Assembly: GCA_039194665.1 (NCBI GenBank)
Contig: JBCCVW010000001.1
Location: 1-57,301 of the forward strand
Direction: 5' to 3'
Source: Actinomycetota bacterium
GTDB lineage: Bacteria > Actinomycetota > Acidimicrobiia > Acidimicrobiales > Ilumatobacteraceae
Length of the DNA stretch: 57,301 nt
The position numbers and the translations under genes are program-made. Below are positions 17,395 through 25,674 of this stretch, in pieces; positions within the stretch are counted from its first letter, which is position 1, and the number at the start of each line of letters is the position of its first letter. The notes below the pieces were generated by a model. That model searched no databases and had not been told where the DNA came from. It was given only the letters and a program-made list of their open reading frames with translations.

Positions 17395-19122
17395 GTGAGC
17401 GCCATGACCAACGGGCGGGCGACTGAGCGCGTGGATCTCCGACGATACCGGCGGCGGATCATCGGATGGGGCGCGGGCCTGGCAATCGTCGTGCTGGTAA
17501 TCGGGGCCATCGTCACGCTCGTACGGGTCGAGAACGACCTCGAATCGCGTACAGAAGATGTGCTCACCGAGCTGGGGTACGTCGGGTTGGCGGCGACATT
17601 CGACGGCCAAGACGGGACCATCGCCTGCGCCGCGCCGGTCTCGTCATCCGATGTCGACGTGATCGAGACCGAGGTGGCGTCGCTGCGCGGGGTGCGCTCG
17701 ATCAGCGTCGAGCCGGCGTGCGTCGTCGAGTCGGCCCTCGTCGAAGCCCCGGAGGGGACCACCGAGATCGCCAGCGACGCCGACGACCTCGCCACGAGGG
17801 CCGCGCCGACCGACGGTGTCGAGCCCGGCGCAAGCGTGGCGACCGATGCCGACGCCGAGGACGCCGCCGAGTCGGCCGCCGACACCGGCCCCACGACCGC
17901 TGACGACGCCGGCACCGCGACCATCGGCGAGCTGATCGCCGCCGACCCGCAGTTCTCTGCGCTGCGCAACGCAGCCTCCATCGCCGGCCTCGACGAGTTC
18001 GACGCGCCGGGGGCGTTCACGATCTTTGCCCCGACGAACGAGGCGTTCGGCGCGCTCGACGCCGCCGTGGCCGGTGAACTCAATGCCGACCCGCAGCTGA
18101 TGGAGGCCGTACTGGCTCATCACGCGATCGATGAAGTGCTCCTTGCAGACGAGCTGCCCGCTGGCGAGCTGACGATGGCCGATGGCACCACGGTGGATGT
18201 CGCGCGCAGCGGGGATGGCACGGTCACGGTGTCCAGCGGCGACGTCGTAGCGACGGTGACCAGCGCCGACCTCACCGCCTCCAACGGGGTGCTGCACGTG
18301 ATCGACCAGGTGTTGTTGCCCGCTGATCTCGACCTCGGTCTCGACTCGACCACCGCCACCGAGCCGACCACTCCGGCCACCGACGTTGCCGAAGTCACCA
18401 CGGCCACGTACCGCGATGGCCAGCTCGTACTCGACGGAACGGTCGCCGACGAGAGTCAGCGCGCCGGTCTCGTCGGCGTGGCGACGGGTCGGCTCGATTC
18501 CGACAACATCGTCGAGCAGCTCACCGTCGACGCCCAGTCGGGTATCGAGCCAGGCGTCGCATTTGGGTTGGCGGTGCTGATCGATGCGCTCGTGGTCGAC
18601 TTCGCAGAGGGCACGGCCGCCATCGTCGACGACGGACTCGTGTTGCGCGGGACCGTGGTCGACGCCGCAGCGCGCGCTCGTGTCGAAGCGGCCACCGCCG
18701 ACCTCGATGGCGTAGAGCTCGCCATCGTCGACCGCCCCGTCGCCTCGACCGAGTCGGCCGCTGCGCTCGCCGCCGACATGAGCGCCACACTGGCCGCAAC
18801 GCCGATCGAGTTCGCGCCGGGGAGCGATCAGCCCTTGGAGTCGGCAGCTCCAGTGTTCGACCGTTTGGCGGCCGACGCCAAGCGCGTGGGCGGAGTGGTC
18901 GTCACCATCGAGGGGCACACAGATACCGCTGGCGACGAGGCGACGAACCTGGTGTTGTCGCAGCTGCGCGCCGACGCGGTCGTCGCGGCGCTGGTCGACC
19001 GTGGCGTGCCAACAGCCGATCTGGTGGCCATCGGCCGTGGCGAAACGTCGCCGATCGTGGTCGACGGCGAAGAGGACGCTGCCGCCAGCCGCCGAGTGAC
19101 CGTGGTCGTCGAACTACGCTGA
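17395..19122 (+). CDS. Membrane-anchored envelope protein: BON-like regions + fasciclin (FAS1) domain + C-terminal OmpA-like peptidoglycan-binding domain
   Basis: N-terminal TM helix (GAGLAIVVLVIGAIVTLV). FAS1 signature TIFAPTNEAFGAL...SNGVLHVIDQVLLP. The C-terminus VVTIEGHTDTAGDEATNLVLSQLRADAV..GRGETSPI..SRRVTVVVE is an OmpA_C-like domain. Confidence 0.8.
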   Translation: MSAMTNGRATERVDLRRYRRRIIGWGAGLAIVVLVIGAIVTLVRVENDLESRTEDVLTELGYVGLAATFDGQDGTIACAAPVSSSDVDVIETEVASLRGVRSISVEPACVVESALVEAPEGTTEIASDADDLATRAAPTDGVEPGASVATDADAEDAAESAADTGPTTADDAGTATIGELIAADPQFSALRNAASIAGLDEFDAPGAFTIFAPTNEAFGALDAAVAGELNADPQLMEAVLAHHAIDEVLLADELPAGELTMADGTTVDVARSGDGTVTVSSGDVVATVTSADLTASNGVLHVIDQVLLPADLDLGLDSTTATEPTTPATDVAEVTTATYRDGQLVLDGTVADESQRAGLVGVATGRLDSDNIVEQLTVDAQSGIEPGVAFGLAVLIDALVVDFAEGTAAIVDDGLVLRGTVVDAAARARVEAATADLDGVELAIVDRPVASTESAAALAADMSATLAATPIEFAPGSDQPLESAAPVFDRLAADAKRVGGVVVTIEGHTDTAGDEATNLVLSQLRADAVVAALVDRGVPTADLVAIGRGETSPIVVDGEEDAAASRRVTVVVELR

Positions 19123-19129
19123 GGGCTGC

Positions 19130-19408
19130 GTGCCGTACACACTTGCGATGTTCTTCGCGTGGGGTCTGGCGATGGCGCTGATCGGCGTCGGCGTCGGCTG
19201 GCTGCTGCGCTCGCTTGGAACGCGCGCCCGCTCGGGCGTAGCAACGCGCGAGGCCGCCGAGGCCGCGGCGGCCGACCGATGGCGCGATCAAGAAGCCGAG
19301 CTGCATGCCGCGCTGCGTGAGCGGGACCGATTACGCGTCGAAGTGGCCGAGCTGCGCGGCGACGAGTTGGCGCACACCGACGACGAGCCCACGGCGAGCC
19401 ACGGCTGA
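19130..19408 (+). CDS. Small membrane protein with coiled-coil tail (hypothetical)
   Basis: 92 aa with a TM helix (FFAWGLAMALIGVGVGWLL), then a charged helical segment (EAELHAALRERDRLRVEVAELRG). The GTG start lies 7 nt after the upstream stop. Confidence 0.55.
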   Translation: MPYTLAMFFAWGLAMALIGVGVGWLLRSLGTRARSGVATREAAEAAAADRWRDQEAELHAALRERDRLRVEVAELRGDELAHTDDEPTASHG

Positions 19409-19410
19409 TC

Positions 19411-19433
19411 CGATCGGCTCGCCGCGCCGATCG
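19411..19433 (+). terminator. Hairpin immediately after the 19130..19408 stop
   Basis: CGATCGGC-tcgccgc-GCCGATCG: a perfect 8-bp stem with a 7-nt loop, starting 3 nt after the stop codon. Confidence 0.4.
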
Positions 19434-19484
19434 CGCTCAGTCGCCGGCGGGGTCACGGCGACGGCGATGTGCCACCATGGCGTC

Positions 19485-19835
19485 ATGACCACGCCGCTCG
19501 GTCCGTACTCGCCCATCGTTCGTGCCGGCGACTTTCTGATCGTGTCCGGACAAGGCGGGCTGCTCGATGGCGTGAAGGTCGATGGCGGTGTGCGCGGCGA
19601 AACCACCCAGGCGATCGCCAACCTGGCGACGCTGCTCGAATCGGCGCGGGCCACGCTCAACGACGTGGTCAAAACCACGTGCTTCCTCACCGACATGGAG
19701 AACTTCGTGGCATTCAACGAGGCCTACATCGAGGGCTTTGGCAAACATCGTCCCGCGCGCTCGACGGTGGCCGCAGCCGGGCTCCCGGGCAAGTTCCTCG
19801 TCGAGATCGAGGCCTGGGCGTACAAGCCCGTCTGA
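19485..19835 (+). CDS. ridA: RidA/YjgF/TdcF-family reactive intermediate deaminase
   Basis: MTTPLGPYSPIVRAGDFLIVSGQGG..TTQAIANLATLLESA..VVKTTCFLTDMENF..FNEAY..RPARSTV..LPGKFLVEIEAWAY. An alternative ATG is at 19467. The upstream part of the track ORF is rejected. Confidence 0.85.
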   Translation: MTTPLGPYSPIVRAGDFLIVSGQGGLLDGVKVDGGVRGETTQAIANLATLLESARATLNDVVKTTCFLTDMENFVAFNEAYIEGFGKHRPARSTVAAAGLPGKFLVEIEAWAYKPV

Positions 19836-19868
19836 ACACCCAGCAGCCCGACCGGATACGCTCACGTC

Positions 19869-20024
19869 ATGCCCGGTGCCATCGCCATCGTCATCGTGTT
19901 GTTGATCATCCCGGTGCTCGTGTTGATGACCGGAGGGATCGCCTCGGCCATCCTCGGCGAGGTGTTCTACCGCGACGGCCGTGCCCGCAACGAGGGCAGC
20001 GAGCTGCTCGATCTCCCCGACTGA
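19869..20024 (+). CDS. Possible 51-aa small membrane protein (below the ORF-track length cutoff)
   Basis: My hand translation gives MPGAIAIVIVLLIIPVLVLMTGGIASAILGEVFYRDGRARNEGSELLDLPD. It has one strong TM helix and G/C-rich third positions like neighbouring genes, and it fills the gap between ridA and the deaminase (11 nt before the next start). Confidence 0.4.
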   Translation: MPGAIAIVIVLLIIPVLVLMTGGIASAILGEVFYRDGRARNEGSELLDLPD

Positions 20025-20035
20025 GTCGGCGACCG

Positions 20036-21418
20036 ATGGTCGCCACACCCGCCACCGTCGACCTACTGGTGCACAACGCGCGGCTGGTCGCCACGCTTGA
20101 CGCCGACGATCGTGAACTCGTTCACGGCTGGGTGGCGATCGACAATGGAGTAATCGCTGCGGTCGGTACCGGCCCGGCGCCGGCCGCCGCCGCCCTGCTC
20201 GACGCCACCGACTGTCTGGTCACCCCGGGGCTGATCAACACCCACCACCACCTCTATCAGAACCTCACGCGGGCGCATCCGGTGATGACCGGCCAGCCAC
20301 TGTTCGGCTGGTTGACGGCGCTGTACCCGGTATGGCGCCATCTCGACGCCGAGGCAGCGTATCTCTCAGCCTGGGTCGGGCTGGCCGAGCTGGCCCTGTC
20401 GGGGTGCACCACGTCGAGTGACCACCTGTATCTACACCCACGTGACGGTGGCGACCTCCTCGGCGCGTCGATCGATGCGGCAACCGACATCGGTATGCGC
20501 TTCCACCCGACGCACGGGTCGATGTCGCTGTCACGCAAAGACGGAGGACTGCCGCCCGACGACGTGGTGCTCGAGGACGACGAGGTGCTGGCCGCCGCGG
20601 AAGCAGCGGTGACCCAGCACCACGATCGCTCACCGGGAGCGATGACGAGGGTGGCGATCGCTCCCTGCTCGCCATTCAGCGTGACCGAGCGACTGATGCG
20701 CGAATCCGCAGAGCTGGCCGAGCGGCTCGACGTGCGCTTGCACACGCACTTCGCCGAGAATGTCGAGGACGACGACTTCAGCCTGGCAACTTTTGGTTGC
20801 CGACCGATCGAGTACCTCGAGCGCACTGGCTGGTGCACCGACCGGACCTGGGTGGCGCACTGCGTGACGCCGACGGCCGCCGAGATCGTGCGGCTCGGCG
20901 CAGCTGGCGTCGGCGTGTCCCACTGTCCGTCGAGCAACCTGATCCTCTCGTCGGGGATCGCGGCGATCAACGACCTGCGCGCTGCGGGCTGTCCGGTCAG
21001 CTTGGGTGTCGACGGGTCGTCGTCTGCCGATGCAGCGTCGTTGTGGCTCGAGGCACGCCAGGCGATGCTGCTGGCCAAGCTCCGCGACGGCGCCCACGCC
21101 AGCGATGCGCGCGCGGTGCTCGACGTCGCCACGCGTGGTGGTGCTGCGTGCCTCGGCCGCTCGGGCGAACTCGGGACGCTGACGCCCGGCGCCGTCGGCG
21201 ATGTGACGGTGTGGTCGCAGACCGGACCGGTGTTCGCCGGCGCGGCCGATCCCATCGAGGCCTGGGTGCGCTGTGGACCATCGACCGCCCATCACACCGT
21301 GGTCGCCGGCCGACCGATCGTGCGCGACGGCGAGCTGGTCCATGCCGGCGCCGCCGAGGTGCTTGCGGCGCACGACGCCGCAGCTCGGGCGATGCACCGC
21401 CACGCCGATGCCCAATGA
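20036..21418 (+). CDS. Amidohydrolase-superfamily deaminase (8-oxoguanine deaminase-like)
   Basis: MVATPATVDLLVHNARLV..VTPGLINTHHHLYQNLTR..RLHTHFAEN..AHCV..GVSHCPSSN..LGVDGSSS, giving the HxH, H, H, D metal ligands. ATG 20036 is chosen. The 189 upstream codons of the track ORF overlap ridA. Confidence 0.75.
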   Translation: MVATPATVDLLVHNARLVATLDADDRELVHGWVAIDNGVIAAVGTGPAPAAAALLDATDCLVTPGLINTHHHLYQNLTRAHPVMTGQPLFGWLTALYPVWRHLDAEAAYLSAWVGLAELALSGCTTSSDHLYLHPRDGGDLLGASIDAATDIGMRFHPTHGSMSLSRKDGGLPPDDVVLEDDEVLAAAEAAVTQHHDRSPGAMTRVAIAPCSPFSVTERLMRESAELAERLDVRLHTHFAENVEDDDFSLATFGCRPIEYLERTGWCTDRTWVAHCVTPTAAEIVRLGAAGVGVSHCPSSNLILSSGIAAINDLRAAGCPVSLGVDGSSSADAASLWLEARQAMLLAKLRDGAHASDARAVLDVATRGGAACLGRSGELGTLTPGAVGDVTVWSQTGPVFAGAADPIEAWVRCGPSTAHHTVVAGRPIVRDGELVHAGAAEVLAAHDAAARAMHRHADAQ

Positions 21419-21476
21419 AGCCCCGTTTACAGGGATTGCTGTCCGCTGCGGCGAGTTTCCGACCAGACTGAGGGCC

Positions 21477-22199
21477 GTGTTGTCCCCTCGACACATCCCT
21501 GCATTGGCTGTTGCGGCTGCCGCACTGATCGCCGCTGGCTGCGGCGGCGACGAGAGCAGCGCATCGGACGTCGGCGTTCCCGCCACGATCGGCCTCGGCT
21601 CGAACATCGACGGCTCCGTCGGCGGTATCGACGGATCGGCCGCCAATGCCGACGACGTCGACACGATCGTGATGATCGGTGACTCGATCACGTTTGGCGC
21701 GACGCCCGAGATCGAATCGCGGTTCACCAACCTCGGTTTCGACGACGTCACGATCGACGCGGTGCCCGGCAAGCGCATCGCCCGCGACATCGCCGACAAC
21801 CCCGCGGGGTCGTCGGTGGCGCAGTTCATCGCCGGTGCCGAGACCGACCGCGACGACGAATTGTGGATTGTGGCGCTCGGCACCAACGACGTCGGTCAAT
21901 ACGGAAGCGCTGAGGAGGTTGCTGGCGCGGTCAACGAAGTACTCGACGCCGTTCCCGACGATGTGCCGCTCGTGTGGGTCGACGTGTACTTCCGCGACAA
22001 GCCGGAGGAAGCGGCACAGGTCAACGCCATCATCCGCGAGCGCATCAGTCGACGTGGCAACGCAGTCGTGGCGCCATGGACCGAGTTCGCCGAAGCTGAA
22101 GGTGTGCTCGTCGCCGACGGTGTGCACACCACCGATGCCGGTGCCGACACGTTCGCCTTCGTGGTCACCGACTCGACCCGCGCGTTCCTGGGCCGCTGA
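21477..22199 (+). CDS. SGNH/GDSL-family hydrolase lipoprotein
   Basis: Signal and lipobox ALAVAAAALIAAGCGG, block I VMIGDSITFG, block III LGTNDV, block V ADGVHTTDAG. The GTG 21477 start is inferred, with ATG 21408 as an alternative. Confidence 0.75.
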   Translation: MLSPRHIPALAVAAAALIAAGCGGDESSASDVGVPATIGLGSNIDGSVGGIDGSAANADDVDTIVMIGDSITFGATPEIESRFTNLGFDDVTIDAVPGKRIARDIADNPAGSSVAQFIAGAETDRDDELWIVALGTNDVGQYGSAEEVAGAVNEVLDAVPDDVPLVWVDVYFRDKPEEAAQVNAIIRERISRRGNAVVAPWTEFAEAEGVLVADGVHTTDAGADTFAFVVTDSTRAFLGR

Positions 22200-22213
22200 C
22201 GACCGCACACCGC

Positions 22214-22313
22214 GGAAATTCTGCCGATTCGCCGCGCCTCGCGCCGGAATTGAGCAGAGTTTCGGGAGACCCCACAGGAATCCTGGCGAATCGCCGCGCC
22301 TCGCGCCGGAATT
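22214..22313. repeat. Two ~38-bp direct repeats between convergent genes
   Basis: GGAAATTCTGCCGATTCGCCGCGCCTCGCGCCGGAATT (22214-22251) and GGAATCCTGGCGAATCGCCGCGCCTCGCGCCGGAATT (22277-22313). The 25-nt core differs at 1 of 25 positions. The period is 62-63 bp. Confidence 0.7.
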
Positions 22314-22337
22314 CGGCAGAAATTCGGTGAGGGAGGG

Positions 22338-23009
22338 TCAGCCTTCCCAGCGGGACTGACCGAAGCGGTAGCCCACCGAGCGCACGGTTTGGATCAGGCT
22401 GGCGTGCTCTTCTCCGAGCTTGGCCCGCAGCCGCCTCACGTGCACGTCGACCGTGCGCGCCCCGCCGTAGTACTCGTATCCCCACACACGGCTGAGGAGG
22501 ATCTCACGGGTGAACACCTTGCCCGGGTTTTGGGCCAGGAACTTGAGGAGCTCGTACTCCATGTAGGTCATGTCGAGCGGTCGGCCGCCGATCGACGCCT
22601 GGTACGTCTCGAGGTTCAGCGACAGCTCGCCGTACTCGACCAGATCCGCTCGGTGCACCTCGATGTGCGCAGTCAGTAAGTGACGTAGCCGGGCTTCGAG
22701 TTCGGCCGGATGGAACGGCGTGAGACAGAAGTCGTCGAACAGATCGTCGCGGTGCTCGAGTTCGCCGATCTGGCCGCCGCTGATCAGCACCAGTGCCGGC
22801 GTCGGTGGCTCGTTGCGACGCAGCGCGCGCAGAAAGGCCCACCCGGTCTCGGCATCGTCGCCGAGCTCCACGATCGCGCCGGCCCAGCCGGCGTCGGGCG
22901 CGTGCTCGTCGGGCTGTTCGCCGGCCGGAAGGGCCTTCCACGCGAATCCGGCGAGGTCGAGCGTGCGCGCCAATTCGGGACTGGCCGGATCAGGGGCGAC
23001 CAGCAGCAT
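22338..23009 (-). CDS. glnR: GlnR, orphan OmpR-family nitrogen regulator with an atypical receiver domain
   Basis: C-terminus MTYMEYELLKFLAQNPGKVFTREILLSRVWGYEYYGGARTVDVHVRRLRAKLGEEHASLIQTVRSVGYRF closely matches actinobacterial GlnR. It lies directly downstream of glnA and glnII. The ATG 23009 start (MLLVAPDP) has GAAGGA upstream. The track start GTG 23027 is also possible. Confidence 0.85.
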   Translation of the reverse strand: MLLVAPDPASPELARTLDLAGFAWKALPAGEQPDEHAPDAGWAGAIVELGDDAETGWAFLRALRRNEPPTPALVLISGGQIGELEHRDDLFDDFCLTPFHPAELEARLRHLLTAHIEVHRADLVEYGELSLNLETYQASIGGRPLDMTYMEYELLKFLAQNPGKVFTREILLSRVWGYEYYGGARTVDVHVRRLRAKLGEEHASLIQTVRSVGYRFGQSRWEG

Positions 23010-23045
23010 GTCGGTCGGGTCCTTCACGCCTTGCTATCACCACGC

Positions 23046-24383
23046 CTACAGCGCGGTGAGGTACCTCTCGAGTTCGAACCCACTGACGTGTGTTTTGTAT
23101 CCCCGCCACTCGCTGCGCTTGTTGCGCAGAAACCATTCGAAGATGTGCTCACCGAGCGCCTCGTGGACGAGCTCGGACTGTTCCATCGTGGCGAGCGCCT
23201 CGGCCAACGACTGCGGGAGCTGAGCGATGCCGAGCTTGGCGAGCACGTCGTCGCCGATCTCGAACAGGTTGGCGTCGGCCTCATCGGGGAGCTCGTAGCC
23301 CTCGCGTACACCGCGCATTCCGGCGGCGAGCATCAGGGCGAAGGCGAGATAGGGATTGCACGCCGGGTCCGACGATCGGTACTCGATGCGCGTGGCGAAC
23401 GGATTGCCGCGTTTGGCGATCGGCACGCGGATCAGACCGCTGCGGTTGTTACGTGCCCAGCTGACATGGACCGGCGCCTCGAAGCCGGGAACAAGCCGCT
23501 TGTAGCTGTTGACCGTTTGGTTGGTGACGGCGGTGATTTCTGCAGCATGCCGGAGGAGCCCGGCCGTAAACGACTTGGCCAGCCCGGACAGGTTGTATTC
23601 GTCGTCGCCGTCGTAGAAGGCGTTGCGGTCGTCTGCGAACAGCGACATGTGGACATGCATCCCCGAACCCTGGACGCCCTCGAGGGGCTTGGGCATGAAC
23701 GTGGCGTACACACCCTCACGGGCGGCGACCTCACGGACGGCCACACGGAACGTCATGATCCCGTCGGCCATCGTGAGCGCGTCGGTGTGGCGCAAGTCGA
23801 TTTCCTGCTGGCCGGGAGCGTCCTCGTGGAAGCTGTACTCGACGGGCAAGCCCATCGACTCGAGTGTGCGGATCGTCCGCTTGCGCAACTGACTGGTGAC
23901 GTCGCTATTGGTCAGGTCGAAGTAGCCGCCACTATCGATCGGCGTCGGCGGCTTTCCGGGTTCGGGAGGTTCGAAGTAGAAGAACTCCACGTCGGGAGCG
24001 ACGTAGAAGGTGAACCCCGCATCGTGCGCGTCACGTACGTGGCGACGCAGCACCTGCCGCGGGTCGCCCTCGAACGGCGTGCCGTCGAGGTTGTGGATGT
24101 CACAGAAGATGCGCGCCTCGGGGGTCTTTGAACCGCCCCAGGGCAACAGCTCGAACGTGTCGGGGTCGGGCATCGCCAACACGTCGGCTTCCTGCACGCG
24201 GGAGAACCCATCGATCGACGAACCGTCGAAGGTCATCCCGTCGTCGAGGGCATTCTCCAGCTCCGCTGGCGTGATGGCCAAGCTCTTCAACGTGCCGAGC
24301 ACGTCGGTGAACCACAGCCGGACGAGTCGCACACCGCGCTCTTCGACGCTGCGCAACACATAGTCGCGCTGGTGCTCGCGCAT
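23046..24383 (-). CDS. glnA: Type I glutamine synthetase (GlnA2-like)
   Basis: MREHQRDYVLRSVEERGVRLVRLWFTDVLGTLKSLAITPAELENALDDGMTFDGSSIDGF.. together with MPKPLEGVQGSGMHVHMSLF and NRSGLIRVP. It is 445 aa when started at ATG 24383. Confidence 0.9.
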   Translation of the reverse strand: MREHQRDYVLRSVEERGVRLVRLWFTDVLGTLKSLAITPAELENALDDGMTFDGSSIDGFSRVQEADVLAMPDPDTFELLPWGGSKTPEARIFCDIHNLDGTPFEGDPRQVLRRHVRDAHDAGFTFYVAPDVEFFYFEPPEPGKPPTPIDSGGYFDLTNSDVTSQLRKRTIRTLESMGLPVEYSFHEDAPGQQEIDLRHTDALTMADGIMTFRVAVREVAAREGVYATFMPKPLEGVQGSGMHVHMSLFADDRNAFYDGDDEYNLSGLAKSFTAGLLRHAAEITAVTNQTVNSYKRLVPGFEAPVHVSWARNNRSGLIRVPIAKRGNPFATRIEYRSSDPACNPYLAFALMLAAGMRGVREGYELPDEADANLFEIGDDVLAKLGIAQLPQSLAEALATMEQSELVHEALGEHIFEWFLRNKRSEWRGYKTHVSGFELERYLTAL

Positions 24384-24445
24384 TTCCGTCACCTCATGAG
24401 TCTGTCGTGGGGGTACCGCGTAGAGCAACGCGGACGGGAACGAAG

Positions 24446-24475
24446 CAGGGCGGGAGGCCGTAGCCCCCCGCCCTG
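24446..24475 (-). terminator. Hairpin between glnII and glnA
   Basis: CAGGGCGGG-N12-CCCGCCCTG is a perfect 9-bp GC-rich stem. A second 7-bp stem, GGCGATC-N6-GATCGCC, lies at about 24492-24511, directly after the glnII stop. Confidence 0.45.
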
Positions 24476-24518
24476 TACGGATTGATCGAACGGCGATCGA
24501 TTCAGATCGCCGGCATGC

Positions 24519-25523
24519 TCACTTGATCGCTGAGCAGACCGTGTCGACCATCAGACGGGTGACCACGTAGGGGTCCATGTTGGCGTTCGGCCGACGGTCC
24601 TCGAGGTAGCCCTTCTTGTCGACAGCGACCTGCCACGGGATGCGGATCGACGCTCCGCGGTCGGACACGCCGTAGCTGAACTGGTCGAAGCGCTGGGTCT
24701 CGTGGGCGCCGGTGAGGCGGTCTTCGACACCGACGCCGTAGTTCTCGATGTGCAGCTGCGCCTTCTTGCCGAGCGCCTTGGCGCCGGCCTCGATGTACTT
24801 GTAGCCGCCGTCCTCACGCATCTCCACGGTCGAGAAGTTGGTGTGCGCGCCCGCACCGTTCCAGTCGCCCTTGGCGGGCTTGGCGTCGATGGTGACGGCG
24901 ACGCCGTAGTCCTCGGCGACGCGGTAGAGCAGCCAGCGGGCGACCCACAGTTGGTCGGCGACCTCGACGGGGCCGAGGGGGCCCACCTGGAACTCCCACT
25001 GCCCGGGCATCACTTCGGCGTTGATGCCGGACACGCCGATGCCGGCCGCGATGCACGCGTCGAGGTGATCCTCGACGATTGCACGACCGTGGATTTCGTC
25101 TTCGCCGACGCCGCAGTAGTAGCCACCCTGCGGCTCGGGGTAGCCGGCCGGCGGGAAGCCGTACGGCCGGCCGTCCTTCATGAACGTGTACTCCTGCTCG
25201 ATACCGAACAGCGACTCGTGCTTTTTGTACTTGCGTGCGGTACGGGCGGCGGCGGCGCGGGTGTTGCTCGGGTGCGGCTTGCCCGACACCAGCATCACCT
25301 CGCACATCACGAGCTTGTTGTCGCCCCCGCGGATCGGGTCGGGGTACGAGGCGACCGGCTTGAGCACGCAGTCGCTCTTGTCGCCGGTGGCCTGGTTGGT
25401 GCTCGAGCCGTCGAAGCCCCAGATCGGGAGTTCGGCGCCGTCGGGCAGGATCTTCGTCTTCGAGCGCAGCTTGGCGGTGGGCTCGGTGCCGTCGATCCAG
25501 ATGTACTCAGCCTTGTAGACCAC
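24519..25523 (-). CDS. glnII: Type II (eukaryote-like) glutamine synthetase
   Basis: MVYKAEYIWIDGTEPTAKLRSKTKIL.. is the hallmark N-terminus of actinobacterial and rhizobial GSII. 334 aa. Confidence 0.9.
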   Translation of the reverse strand: MVYKAEYIWIDGTEPTAKLRSKTKILPDGAELPIWGFDGSSTNQATGDKSDCVLKPVASYPDPIRGGDNKLVMCEVMLVSGKPHPSNTRAAAARTARKYKKHESLFGIEQEYTFMKDGRPYGFPPAGYPEPQGGYYCGVGEDEIHGRAIVEDHLDACIAAGIGVSGINAEVMPGQWEFQVGPLGPVEVADQLWVARWLLYRVAEDYGVAVTIDAKPAKGDWNGAGAHTNFSTVEMREDGGYKYIEAGAKALGKKAQLHIENYGVGVEDRLTGAHETQRFDQFSYGVSDRGASIRIPWQVAVDKKGYLEDRRPNANMDPYVVTRLMVDTVCSAIK

Positions 25524-25635
25524 AGGTGTCCTCTCTTGCAGGGGTATTGCAGGGGTGGTGGAGGGCGGTGCCGGCGTGCTCGCACGCAGGGTCGATGTCC
25601 GCCCGGTAAACGATGCGGAATCCTCACAATAGGCC

Positions 25636-25673
25636 GTGTCGATGCGGTTGCCCGATTGTGAACGCTGTGTGAA
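25636..25673 (-). promoter_or_regulatory. Candidate GlnR-box array upstream of glnII
   Basis: Read on the minus strand: TTCAC-n6-TTCAC-n6-GCAAC-n6-GACAC. Four 5-mers ending in AC fall on an exact 11-nt period, 112 nt upstream of the glnII ATG. This is the same architecture as the Streptomyces gTnAc-n6-GaAAc GlnR boxes. Confidence 0.4.
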
Positions 25674-25674
25674 A

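Noticed and set aside
22214-22313. Possible CRISPR array, considered here and also at 36980-37098.
   Set aside because: Each locus has only two imperfect repeat copies. There is no regular repeat-spacer series and no cas genes in the window.
24384-24445. A second GlnR-box array directly upstream of glnA.
   Set aside because: No nnnAC pentamers with 11-nt periodicity could be aligned on either strand. Only short CCGCG/CGCGG complementarity is present.
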